Assembly (NCBI GenBank): GCA_040767965.1
Contig: JAXGNR010000017.1
Location: 1-27,222, forward strand
DNA length: 27,222 nt
Source: Atribacterota bacterium
GTDB taxonomy: Bacteria; Atribacterota; Phoenicimicrobiia; Phoenicimicrobiales; Stramentimicrobiaceae
Direction of reading: 5' to 3'
Made by a program: the position numbers and the translations under genes. Position 1 is the first letter of the stretch, and each line of letters begins with the position of its first letter. The notes beneath the pieces were generated by a model. It was given only the letters and a program-made list of their open reading frames with translations. It made no database searches and was not told the origin of the DNA. This document shows, in pieces, positions 1 through 8,497 of the stretch.

Positions 1-36
1 GACCAAACTTTTAAAATAATATTTAAAATTTAAATT

Positions 37-54
37 TGTTGACACCTGACCCCC
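37..54 (-). repeat. REP-like repeat family A, single copy (TGTTGACACCTGACCCC)
   Basis: 16/17 match to TGTTGAGACCTGACCCC at 6816-6832. Confidence 0.7.
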
Positions 55-131
55 ATAAATAAATAAATAAATGATAAATAGGATGTTTAGACCTGTTCAA
101 GACCATATTTAAATTAAGTCAGGAGGTCAAA

Positions 132-3100
132 ATGAAAACAAAACAGGTTTTTGTTCTTATTTTATTTCTATTGTCTAGTCTATTTCTTATTCATTTGGGA
201 GTTTTTTCAGCTGAACAAATCAGATTGTTAAACACGGACAGCATGGAAGAAGCAGCTACAATAAAAGCAGGTCTTTACACTGGCAGCCTAGGTGAAATAA
301 GGTCTGACGAAAAGAAGGACAATGAAGATTATTACCAGATTGAAGTAGAAGAAGGACAGATTGTTTCTCTTAAATTGACTGTTCCTGGAAACGCTAATTT
401 TAATCTAACATTGTTTAATCCCGGTAAAAATTCTCGAGGATCTTCAGTGACTGAAAAAGAACATAAGTTTTTGGAATATATAGCTGATTCAACAGGTATC
501 TGGACTGTCAGGATTAGCCGTTCTTCCGGAGAAGGGGAGTATCTATTGTCAGTGGAGGTGAAAAATCAAAACGATGGAGAAAGCGGAAAAGATGCCGGGA
601 AAACTACAGAGGGATCCATACCGATTTTCCCATCAACAATCACCGGTTTTTTAAAAGCAGGAGATAATGAAGACTATTATTCTATCGAAGTTGAAGAAGG
701 TCAGATTATCCGTTTAAAGATGGCGATACCGGGTAATGCAAACTTTAATGTAACTCTTTTTAATCCTAATCGTAATTCGCGAGGAACATCTTCAACTCAG
801 GGTGATTTTAAGATTTTAAATTATGTTGCCGATTCAACTGGTATCTGGTTCATTAAAATTTCCCGCTCATCAGGAGAAGGAGAATATCAGCTTGCTGTGG
901 AATTAGAGAATCAAAATGATGCCGGATCGGGACAGGATGCAGGAGATTCCAATGAAAAAGCAATTTCTCTTTCCACAGGGGTTTACCAGGGATTTTTAAA
1001 AGCAGGAGATAATACTGACTACTACAGTATTCATCTGCAGGATGGTCAATCTATTTCCCTTCGATTGGCAATTCCCGGCAATGCTAATTTTGGGATTACC
1101 TTATTTGACCCTGGTCACAATTCTCGTGGTTCTTCACTCGCTGAGGGTGATTCTAAGACTTTAGAATATATGGTGAACTCAACCGGGATCTGGTTTATCA
1201 GGATCAACCGCACTTCAGGAGAAGGTGAATATCAACTGAACATTAACCTGAATACGATAATAACAGAAGGTACAACTGGAGAAACCAATTTAGATGATTC
1301 CATAGCCAGGGAAGAAGCGGAAGAAAAAGATAAGGAAGCAGAACAAAGAGGATTCAGGGAATCTGAAAGTCTGGTTGCCCAATTTACCTATCAGTTAGTT
1401 GATAGTGAAGATAAAAATCACTTTTTCTTTGATAGCTCAACTTCTTATGGCCCCAGTCCTATTGCAGAATACGAATGGGATTTTGGGGATGGGAGTAGCC
1501 TTGAAACTGGCAAACAGGTAGAACATAAATTTGAGATTCCTGGAATATACCTGGTAACTCTGACTGTTGTTGATGAAAACGGAGAGCGGGCTAAAGAGAT
1601 AAAAGAAATTGATACCACACTTTTACTGACAGCTTCTTTCATGTTTTTCCCTGAAGAGCCTGGGATATTGGAAACTGTGAAATTTGATGCTTCTTCCTCT
1701 TATAGTCCTGTAAGCATTGAAACCTATCAATGGAATTTTGGTGATGGGAGAGAGGAGGTTTTCGGGATAAATGTTGAACACAGCTTCTCAGCTCCGGGAA
1801 GCTATTCTGTGCAATTAATGATTACTGATAATTTTGGGGAAACCAGCATTTCTTCTCATGAGGTTAATGTCCTGGCAATTGATGAAGATGCATTTATCCA
1901 GTGTGGTGTTATCCAGGCTTCCAATCACCAGAGAATTCCCTTCCGGTCTTCTTTCCCCGGCCAACCAATTGTTTTAACCTCTGCTGTGATGGGAGATGGA
2001 AATGTCCTCCTCAGTACCCCAATCAATATCACTGATGGTTTTTTTGATATTGCCATCAATAATTTTCAAGGGGATCCGGTTTCTAATGCTCTGGTACATT
2101 GGATTGCCTTTATCCCTGATTCAGCCAGGGGATGCCTGGGAGGAATTGCCCATACCGGAGGACAGGCTAATATTTATATTCCCTTTACTGAACCTTTGAA
2201 TGTGAGAGAAAATGAACAAATCATTGTGTTAACCAATGCAGAAAAAAATAGAGCTTATCTCAGCAGAATAGCTCAAATTGATGAGCAGGGAAGCCAGATT
2301 TGGGTTACAGATCAGGATGGTAATCCGGTCAGTGCAAATGTTTACTGGATGGCCGTAGTTCCCAACGACTTAAATGGTTTTCAGGGTTCTCAGGAAACTC
2401 TCAGCCATGGAGATACGATAATATTTGAAAATCCTTTTGTCAATCAAGCAGCCTGTGTATGTTCCAGCTCTACCCAGAATGTTCTGTCTGCTGCTTCAAA
2501 CAGCGATCAAAATCAGTTTGTCATCAACATATCTGCTGATCAGGCAAATGTGAACTGGTTGGCTTTTGGAGGAGCTGTTCCCCCAATTCAGCCCGGTCAG
2601 ATCCAGATAAGTTCAAATCCCTCCGGAGCAACAGTCTATTTAAATGAAACAAATGTTGGAATAACTCTGGCTGATGTTATTCTGGAAATTTCAGATTTGT
2701 TTCCAGGGACGTATGCATTGAGAATAGAATTAGCCAATTACAATGCCTTTGTAACAGAAGTCACCGTTAGTCCGGATGAAGTTGTCATTATCAATCCCAA
2801 CTTACATTTTACTTCCGGCAAGATTATTATCGGATCTGAACCATCTGGTGCTATCATTCGAATTGATGATTCTCCGAATTATCCATTTTATTGGGATAAT
2901 GAACAGGGTTGGGTGAGTCCGGAATATGGTATTACCGGGATCACCCCTGTTAACTTGTATCCCATTCCTCCTGGTGAACACGCCATAACCCTTGAACTGG
3001 ACAATTATGCCATTTGGTCAGAAACAGTCAATTTAGAACCTGGCGGAATTCAAAATATTCAAGCTGTTTTAGAGCCTGATCCCGGGGTAATCTCAGTGAC

Positions 3101-6100
3101 TTCAACTCAATCCGGAGCAACAATTTACCTGGCAGAAGGGGATTGGACCCAGCAACCCGATTCAGAAGAGATCGTTTGGATTGAAAAAGGAATGACTCCC
3201 ACAACTGATATTTATGGAACACCTGTACCTTTGGTTCTGGAAAATATTGTTGCTGGTACTTATACCATAAAATGTGTCTCAGAATATTATCAGGAAATCA
3301 TCCAGAAAATTGAGGTTGATTCAAATATGATTGCAGCAGTGCATTTTGAGCTGATTCCTGCACTTGCTTATGTAAAAATCATTGCTCAGGATGAACTGGG
3401 GATTCCTGTTTCAGGTGCATATACCAGTTTTTCTCCATGTTTTGGAACGGGATGCAGTCAGGGACCTACAAACGATGATGGAATTTCAAAAGGTTCTCTG
3501 AATGCCGGTTCTTATAATGTTACAGTTTGGAGACAAAATTATCAGACTTTCACCAGGGAAATTCATTTAACCGATTCCTATCCTTCCGAAAATCCTCTGA
3601 CTATACAGGTCACCTTAATCGGTAATCCAGGGACTATTCAGGTAACTTCCAATCCACCGGGAGCAATCATCTATCTGGCTGCAGGAGAGCAAAATGATGA
3701 TAGTGACAGTTCGGTTTGGGAAGAGCTGGGATTGACTCCACAATCAATTACCGGATTAAGTCAGGGAGATTATACTCTTAAAACTTTTCTGGAAGGATAT
3801 ACTCCTGTTGAGTTATCAGATGATATAATGATTCCTTCTGAGGGATATGCAGATTTCAATACTTTTTCCCTAAATCCAGGGGAAACGAAAAATGTCAATA
3901 TTCAGTTTAAACAGATGACTGGAAATCTGCTCGTTTCCTCCAATGAAAGCAATCCAGAAGTCTTTTTAAATAATCAGTCATTAGGATTTCTCCTGACTGA
4001 AAATGGTATCAATAGCAGACTTTTTGAGGATATCCCCATTGGTACTTATCATTTAACTGTCAGCAAGGAGAACTATCTGCCTTACCAGGAAAATGTGGAA
4101 ATCCTTTATCAGGATACAACCAATACACAGGCAAATTTATATTTATCCCAATTTTTAACCGCTTATATCACCATGACTCCCTCTTTTGGTCAACCGCCTT
4201 TAGAGGTTAATTTTACCGGGGAGGGGTCAGGGCCGGCAGGAACAAATATTGAGAGTTATCATTGGGATTTTGGTGATGGGAATTCTTCTTCTGAACAAAA
4301 CCCGACTCATATTTTTCAGGAAGCAGGTCAGTATAATATAACCCTAACTGTAACTGATCAGCAAGGTGATATGGCATCGAAAGACCTTTATGTTAATGTA
4401 ATAAGCGGGGATCAACTGATAGTGAATCCTGCTTCAGGATGTCTGACTATAAGTGCTGACGGTGCAATGGTGGAAACCGGTTCAATGACCTATTCGGGCA
4501 ATGTACTTTTGAATGGCTTTCTTGAAATAACGGATTCAGTCACTGTTCAGGATGGAGAGAATGGAGAAATTTTCGGGAATGGAGACCTATCCACTGGTAT
4601 TGATTTCATAGATTCAGCTATGGCTGGGATAAATACAGAAAAAAGCTTCACCATTGAGCCAAAAGAATATGATATAGGTGGCTGTTATCGGGAAATCTCT
4701 TTTATGGATAGTGTTTCCAATTTTAGTTTTACTTACTATGGCTTAAACTTTGAGGCTGCTGATCCCAAGTTATATACAGATAGGCTTTCTTTTAATGGAA
4801 CCGTATCATTTTTCAGCACCTTATTACCCACGGTTGGACTAGGATTAAGCGTAGATCAATCCGGGTTTGATTTTGGCACGAGAATTGAATTACCAGAGTT
4901 GAGCATCCAGGGATTTGGCATTGAAGATGCTTATCTTGAGCTTGATTTAGGCTGCGGAAATTGCTGGGGAGCAGGCATAACTTTTGGTTTGCCACCATCG
5001 GTAGGAATAAAGGTAGGTGGGACTCTGGGAATACTAAATGGGAATGTCAATAAAGTATCAGCTAAGGCTGCCAGTTTAGGTCTTCCCATTGGTAATACCG
5101 GTGTATTCTTAGGAAGTATTGATGGGGGTCTTGAGCACATTCCTCCTGATCCGGAACCTTTAGTCTTAAAGGCTGGAGCAGGATTTTATGCTGGACCGAA
5201 AATAACCATCCCACCCATAAATTTATTAGATGGAGCTTTAGAGGTATCAGGAGGAGAACTTCATCTTTTGGGAGGGGATGTGGATTTAATCTTTGACTGC
5301 AGCGGAAAGATGACGGCTGAGGGGATAGCTTATATTTTAGATAAAAATTTCGGTGAAATCGGCAGTGCAGAATTATTAGTCGATCTAAACAGGGGTTTTT
5401 ATGCTAAAGGGGAGTTGAGATATCCACCAGGGAGCTTTGCCCTATTAAAAGGTACACTAGCCAGTAAATTGGATTTTGACCTGGAGTTTCAGGCAAGCAT
5501 TGCGGGAATATTACAAGTTCCGGAAGCATTACCAATTATCGGTGGAATGCATTTTGGTGAGGCTGCCGGATACATTGATAATGACTTAATTGCTGCAGGT
5601 GTTTCCATAGGCGATGAAGTTTGCCTGCCGGTAGTGGGATGTTATGATTTTACCTTTCCGGTTTGTTTGATATTTTCCTTTGATGATCCTGGATTTGAGG
5701 TTGTTACCAATTGGGATGCTATTCAGGAGGTCAGTTTAACCCAATTACCATTACCCTATATTAGCCAGATGCCTTTACAATTTGCCGGGGTAGGTTTACC
5801 ATTGTTTTCCCTGGCGCAAGCAGGCAGGAATCCGACTATTGAAAAAGTGTTTGAAGTGCCGGAAGGATTAGAAGTAGCCATATTTCATATGAATATATCT
5901 CCTGGAGGTATTTTACCGGAATTTAGAGTGACCTCACCAAATGATCTGGTCTATGAACAAGAAAGAGATTCTGCCATCTGGCATGGGAATGAAACGACTG
6001 GTGATCTCTGGTGTGCTGTTTCAAATCCTTTACCTGGAAGATGGGTGGTTGCTTCTGATATGCTTTTATCTGATTTAGAATATAAGATTACCCTTTATAA

Positions 6101-6728
6101 ACTAAATCAGAAACCAACAATTGAATTAACCACACCAATAAATGAAATCATTACAGAGGTTGGAACTCAAATTCCGATAAACTGGAAGGCTGAAGACCCT
6201 GATAATGATGCAATGATACGTCTTTGTTATACTGAATCACCTTTGTTACTGGAAAAAACAAATCTTCCGGCCTTCCCGGGAAATACAATTGTAAAAAATA
6301 TTTCTGAAGACAATTCCAAAAATACTCACATCTGGGATACAAAAGGAGTTGCACCTGGCAATTACTATGTCTATGCTGTAATATTTGACGGGAAGAATTT
6401 CCCCGTATATTCCTGGAGTAAAGGCAGTGTTACCATTACTGATAGCAAGTTTATACCTCCAAAAGGAGTCAATGCATACCAGGATAGTTCTGTAATACGG
6501 GTTGAATGGAATAGTATGCCAGATGCAATTGGATATCATGTCTATTATCAGGATATCCAGGACCAGACACCTTTGATACTGTCTCCTTCACTGGCTATCT
6601 GGGAAGAAAATGAAACTGAAATAAGACATTTACAATCTGGTAAAACCTACCGGATAGCAGTCACAGCTTTCCGGGAAGATGGTTATGAAAGCTATCATAG
6701 CAAACCCATTGAAGTTAGTTATAGATAA
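132..6728 (+). CDS. Giant secreted multi-domain surface protein: 3x PPC-like repeats, 3 PKD, H-type-lectin-like region, ~5 PEGA, carboxypeptidase-regulatory-like, beta-rich region, Ig-like, C-terminal Fn3
   Basis: AGGAGG RBS at 121-126; N-terminal signal peptide; 115-aa repeats (DxxDYY..GNANF..STGIW..SGEGEY); WDFGDG/WNFGDG PKD motifs; SNPSGATVYL/SNPPGAIIYL PEGA motifs; W..GYHVYY..LQSGKTYRIAVTA Fn3. Confidence 0.9.
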   Translation: MKTKQVFVLILFLLSSLFLIHLGVFSAEQIRLLNTDSMEEAATIKAGLYTGSLGEIRSDEKKDNEDYYQIEVEEGQIVSLKLTVPGNANFNLTLFNPGKNSRGSSVTEKEHKFLEYIADSTGIWTVRISRSSGEGEYLLSVEVKNQNDGESGKDAGKTTEGSIPIFPSTITGFLKAGDNEDYYSIEVEEGQIIRLKMAIPGNANFNVTLFNPNRNSRGTSSTQGDFKILNYVADSTGIWFIKISRSSGEGEYQLAVELENQNDAGSGQDAGDSNEKAISLSTGVYQGFLKAGDNTDYYSIHLQDGQSISLRLAIPGNANFGITLFDPGHNSRGSSLAEGDSKTLEYMVNSTGIWFIRINRTSGEGEYQLNINLNTIITEGTTGETNLDDSIAREEAEEKDKEAEQRGFRESESLVAQFTYQLVDSEDKNHFFFDSSTSYGPSPIAEYEWDFGDGSSLETGKQVEHKFEIPGIYLVTLTVVDENGERAKEIKEIDTTLLLTASFMFFPEEPGILETVKFDASSSYSPVSIETYQWNFGDGREEVFGINVEHSFSAPGSYSVQLMITDNFGETSISSHEVNVLAIDEDAFIQCGVIQASNHQRIPFRSSFPGQPIVLTSAVMGDGNVLLSTPINITDGFFDIAINNFQGDPVSNALVHWIAFIPDSARGCLGGIAHTGGQANIYIPFTEPLNVRENEQIIVLTNAEKNRAYLSRIAQIDEQGSQIWVTDQDGNPVSANVYWMAVVPNDLNGFQGSQETLSHGDTIIFENPFVNQAACVCSSSTQNVLSAASNSDQNQFVINISADQANVNWLAFGGAVPPIQPGQIQISSNPSGATVYLNETNVGITLADVILEISDLFPGTYALRIELANYNAFVTEVTVSPDEVVIINPNLHFTSGKIIIGSEPSGAIIRIDDSPNYPFYWDNEQGWVSPEYGITGITPVNLYPIPPGEHAITLELDNYAIWSETVNLEPGGIQNIQAVLEPDPGVISVTSTQSGATIYLAEGDWTQQPDSEEIVWIEKGMTPTTDIYGTPVPLVLENIVAGTYTIKCVSEYYQEIIQKIEVDSNMIAAVHFELIPALAYVKIIAQDELGIPVSGAYTSFSPCFGTGCSQGPTNDDGISKGSLNAGSYNVTVWRQNYQTFTREIHLTDSYPSENPLTIQVTLIGNPGTIQVTSNPPGAIIYLAAGEQNDDSDSSVWEELGLTPQSITGLSQGDYTLKTFLEGYTPVELSDDIMIPSEGYADFNTFSLNPGETKNVNIQFKQMTGNLLVSSNESNPEVFLNNQSLGFLLTENGINSRLFEDIPIGTYHLTVSKENYLPYQENVEILYQDTTNTQANLYLSQFLTAYITMTPSFGQPPLEVNFTGEGSGPAGTNIESYHWDFGDGNSSSEQNPTHIFQEAGQYNITLTVTDQQGDMASKDLYVNVISGDQLIVNPASGCLTISADGAMVETGSMTYSGNVLLNGFLEITDSVTVQDGENGEIFGNGDLSTGIDFIDSAMAGINTEKSFTIEPKEYDIGGCYREISFMDSVSNFSFTYYGLNFEAADPKLYTDRLSFNGTVSFFSTLLPTVGLGLSVDQSGFDFGTRIELPELSIQGFGIEDAYLELDLGCGNCWGAGITFGLPPSVGIKVGGTLGILNGNVNKVSAKAASLGLPIGNTGVFLGSIDGGLEHIPPDPEPLVLKAGAGFYAGPKITIPPINLLDGALEVSGGELHLLGGDVDLIFDCSGKMTAEGIAYILDKNFGEIGSAELLVDLNRGFYAKGELRYPPGSFALLKGTLASKLDFDLEFQASIAGILQVPEALPIIGGMHFGEAAGYIDNDLIAAGVSIGDEVCLPVVGCYDFTFPVCLIFSFDDPGFEVVTNWDAIQEVSLTQLPLPYISQMPLQFAGVGLPLFSLAQAGRNPTIEKVFEVPEGLEVAIFHMNISPGGILPEFRVTSPNDLVYEQERDSAIWHGNETTGDLWCAVSNPLPGRWVVASDMLLSDLEYKITLYKLNQKPTIELTTPINEIITEVGTQIPINWKAEDPDNDAMIRLCYTESPLLLEKTNLPAFPGNTIVKNISEDNSKNTHIWDTKGVAPGNYYVYAVIFDGKNFPVYSWSKGSVTITDSKFIPPKGVNAYQDSSVIRVEWNSMPDAIGYHVYYQDIQDQTPLILSPSLAIWEENETEIRHLQSGKTYRIAVTAFREDGYESYHSKPIEVSYR

Positions 6729-6733
6729 AATAA

Positions 6734-6837
6734 GGGGTCAGGTCTCAACATTTGACATAAAGTAATCCTTTGAGGTCAGGTCTCAACATTTGACATTTCT
6801 AATTCTTATGTCAAATGTTGAGACCTGACCCCAAAGG
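6734..6837. repeat. REP-like family A cluster: two direct copies plus one inverted copy of GGGGTCAGGTCTCAACATTTGACAT
   Basis: Copies at 6734-6760, 6767-6796 and inverted 6806-6837; copies 2 and 3 form a 30-bp stem with one mismatch. Confidence 0.95.
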
Positions 6838-6853
6838 AAGGGAGTACAGAAAG

Positions 6854-7399
6854 ATGAAAAAAATGATTTTATTTTGTTTCTTATGTCTTTTTATTTTTAA
6901 CTTTACTGTTTATAGTCAGCAGCAGGAGTTACCGAACGAGATAAAAACTCCGGAAGGATATATTTTCTATAATTATCAGTATGCCTATCTGGATATCTCT
7001 TTGATTTATCCGGAAAAATGGATGAATTATTCCTCCCAGGAAAGAGGGGTCTTGATCGATACTCCTGATTCCAAAGGTTCCATTATGATTTTAGGAACTC
7101 CATTATTTGGAGAAGATTACACCTTAGAAAAATTATGGGCAGAAAATAGAGAATGTTTAGAATTAGCCGGGGCAATTTTTCAGGAACCAGTTTCGGATAC
7201 ATTTTCAGGATACCCGGCAATTAAAGGCCTGCATACAATCAAGATTGGCAACAGTAATCACCAGTATCTTCGCTATAGTGCTATTATAGATGATTTGTTC
7301 TATACCTTTAGCTTCCATGCCCCTGTTGCAGAATTTGAAAAATATTTGGAAGAGGTTCTTTTTGTGGCTCATTCAGTGGTCATAAAGCTAGTAGAATAA
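6854..7399 (+). CDS. Secreted hypothetical protein, possibly PsbP/DcrB-like fold
   Basis: Start moved from 6815 (inside repeat) to MKKMILF, with GGAG RBS at 6841; signal peptide; SLIYPEKW, FSGYPA and C-terminal helix pattern resemble PsbP-like proteins. Confidence 0.7.
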   Translation: MKKMILFCFLCLFIFNFTVYSQQQELPNEIKTPEGYIFYNYQYAYLDISLIYPEKWMNYSSQERGVLIDTPDSKGSIMILGTPLFGEDYTLEKLWAENRECLELAGAIFQEPVSDTFSGYPAIKGLHTIKIGNSNHQYLRYSAIIDDLFYTFSFHAPVAEFEKYLEEVLFVAHSVVIKLVE

Positions 7400-7509
7400 T
7401 GGTGTATTTAGAAAAAAGATATTAAATGGAGACGTTTTTATAGATAAGTTTTAGTCTTTTGGACATCATTTTTTGTTCATTTGAAGAAAAACAACTGGAG
7501 GACGAAGAC

Positions 7510-8271
7510 ATGAGCCAGGTTTATGGAAAAGCATTTTCTAGAATATACAATCAGATGTTGGGTGGTTTTTCTAAAAAAGCTGCCTTACAGATCATGAAAT
7601 ACTATCAAGGGAAGGATATTTACAAAACCAACAGAAATGTATTAGACATCTGTTGTGGTACCGGTCAGTTAGCTCTGGAATTTTTAAAAAACAATTACCA
7701 GGTGACCGGAATTGATCTTTCTCCTTATATGCTTGTTTATGCCCGGGATAATACCAGAGACTATGAAGGCAGGGGTACTGTTAATTTCTTAGAAGCAGAT
7801 GCATCTAACTTTAATCTTAAGAGAGAATATGGTTTAGCAGTTTCAATTTATGATTCCATGAATCATCTCCAGAATAAAGATCTTTTAAAAGGATGTTTCG
7901 AATCCGCTTATCAATGTGTGATTGAAGGCGGATATTTTATTTTTGATTTAAATACTAAAATTGGATTTCAAAATTGGAATGGTGTCCGTATTACAGATAA
8001 AGAAAATATCTTCTTAATTATTAAAGGTATTTTTGCTGAAGATAAGGGCGAAGCAGTAACCAGAATATCTGGGTTTATAAAAGAAGGAGATGATCTTTAC
8101 AGCCGATTCGAAGAAATTGTTTACAATTATGTTTATCAGCTGGAAGAAGTACAAAAAATACTGGAGGATACTGGTTGGCATCAGGTTTATTTTACACGAA
8201 TAGACGATCTGGAAAAGAATATTGAAAATCCTGAAACAGAAGAAAGAGTTTTTATTGTGGCCAAAAAATAG
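7510..8271 (+). CDS. Class I SAM-dependent methyltransferase
   Basis: VLDICCGTG motif I, GIDLSPYML, GGYFIFD; GGAGG RBS at 7497-7501 supports ATG 7510. Confidence 0.92.
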   Translation: MSQVYGKAFSRIYNQMLGGFSKKAALQIMKYYQGKDIYKTNRNVLDICCGTGQLALEFLKNNYQVTGIDLSPYMLVYARDNTRDYEGRGTVNFLEADASNFNLKREYGLAVSIYDSMNHLQNKDLLKGCFESAYQCVIEGGYFIFDLNTKIGFQNWNGVRITDKENIFLIIKGIFAEDKGEAVTRISGFIKEGDDLYSRFEEIVYNYVYQLEEVQKILEDTGWHQVYFTRIDDLEKNIENPETEERVFIVAKK

Positions 8272-8342
8272 AAAATACAAAACAATCTACATTATTGGTC
8301 GCTATAGGAATAACCTTGATTTTGCCACATAATAGACTGTTT

Positions 8343-8384
8343 TGTCATTGCGAGCAGGCTTTGTAGCCTGCGTGGCAATCTCAT
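8343..8384 (+). repeat. Palindromic repeat family B, copy 1 (TGTCATTGCGA-hairpin-GTGGCAATCTCAT)
   Basis: Inner stem GCAGGCT/AGCCTGC; nearly identical to the copy at 24999. Confidence 0.9.
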
Positions 8385-8497
8385 GCGCTTATACCCACGG
8401 TATTTTTAATTCAAAGATTGACGGATTCCTGAACCTTTCTTGTCCGATGATCAGAAGACTCTGATGCTAATGGTGAAATATCATCGACTAAATACTA

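Noticed and set aside
1445-6539. Short ORFs nested within the giant gene, and similar nested ORFs in DUF3160, CapA, 4Fe-4S and aminoacylase genes
   Set aside because: Fully overlap well-supported CDSs and show no protein-like motifs
6815-6853. N-terminal extension MLRPDPKGREYRK
   Set aside because: ATG lies inside repeat A; the downstream start has RBS and signal peptide
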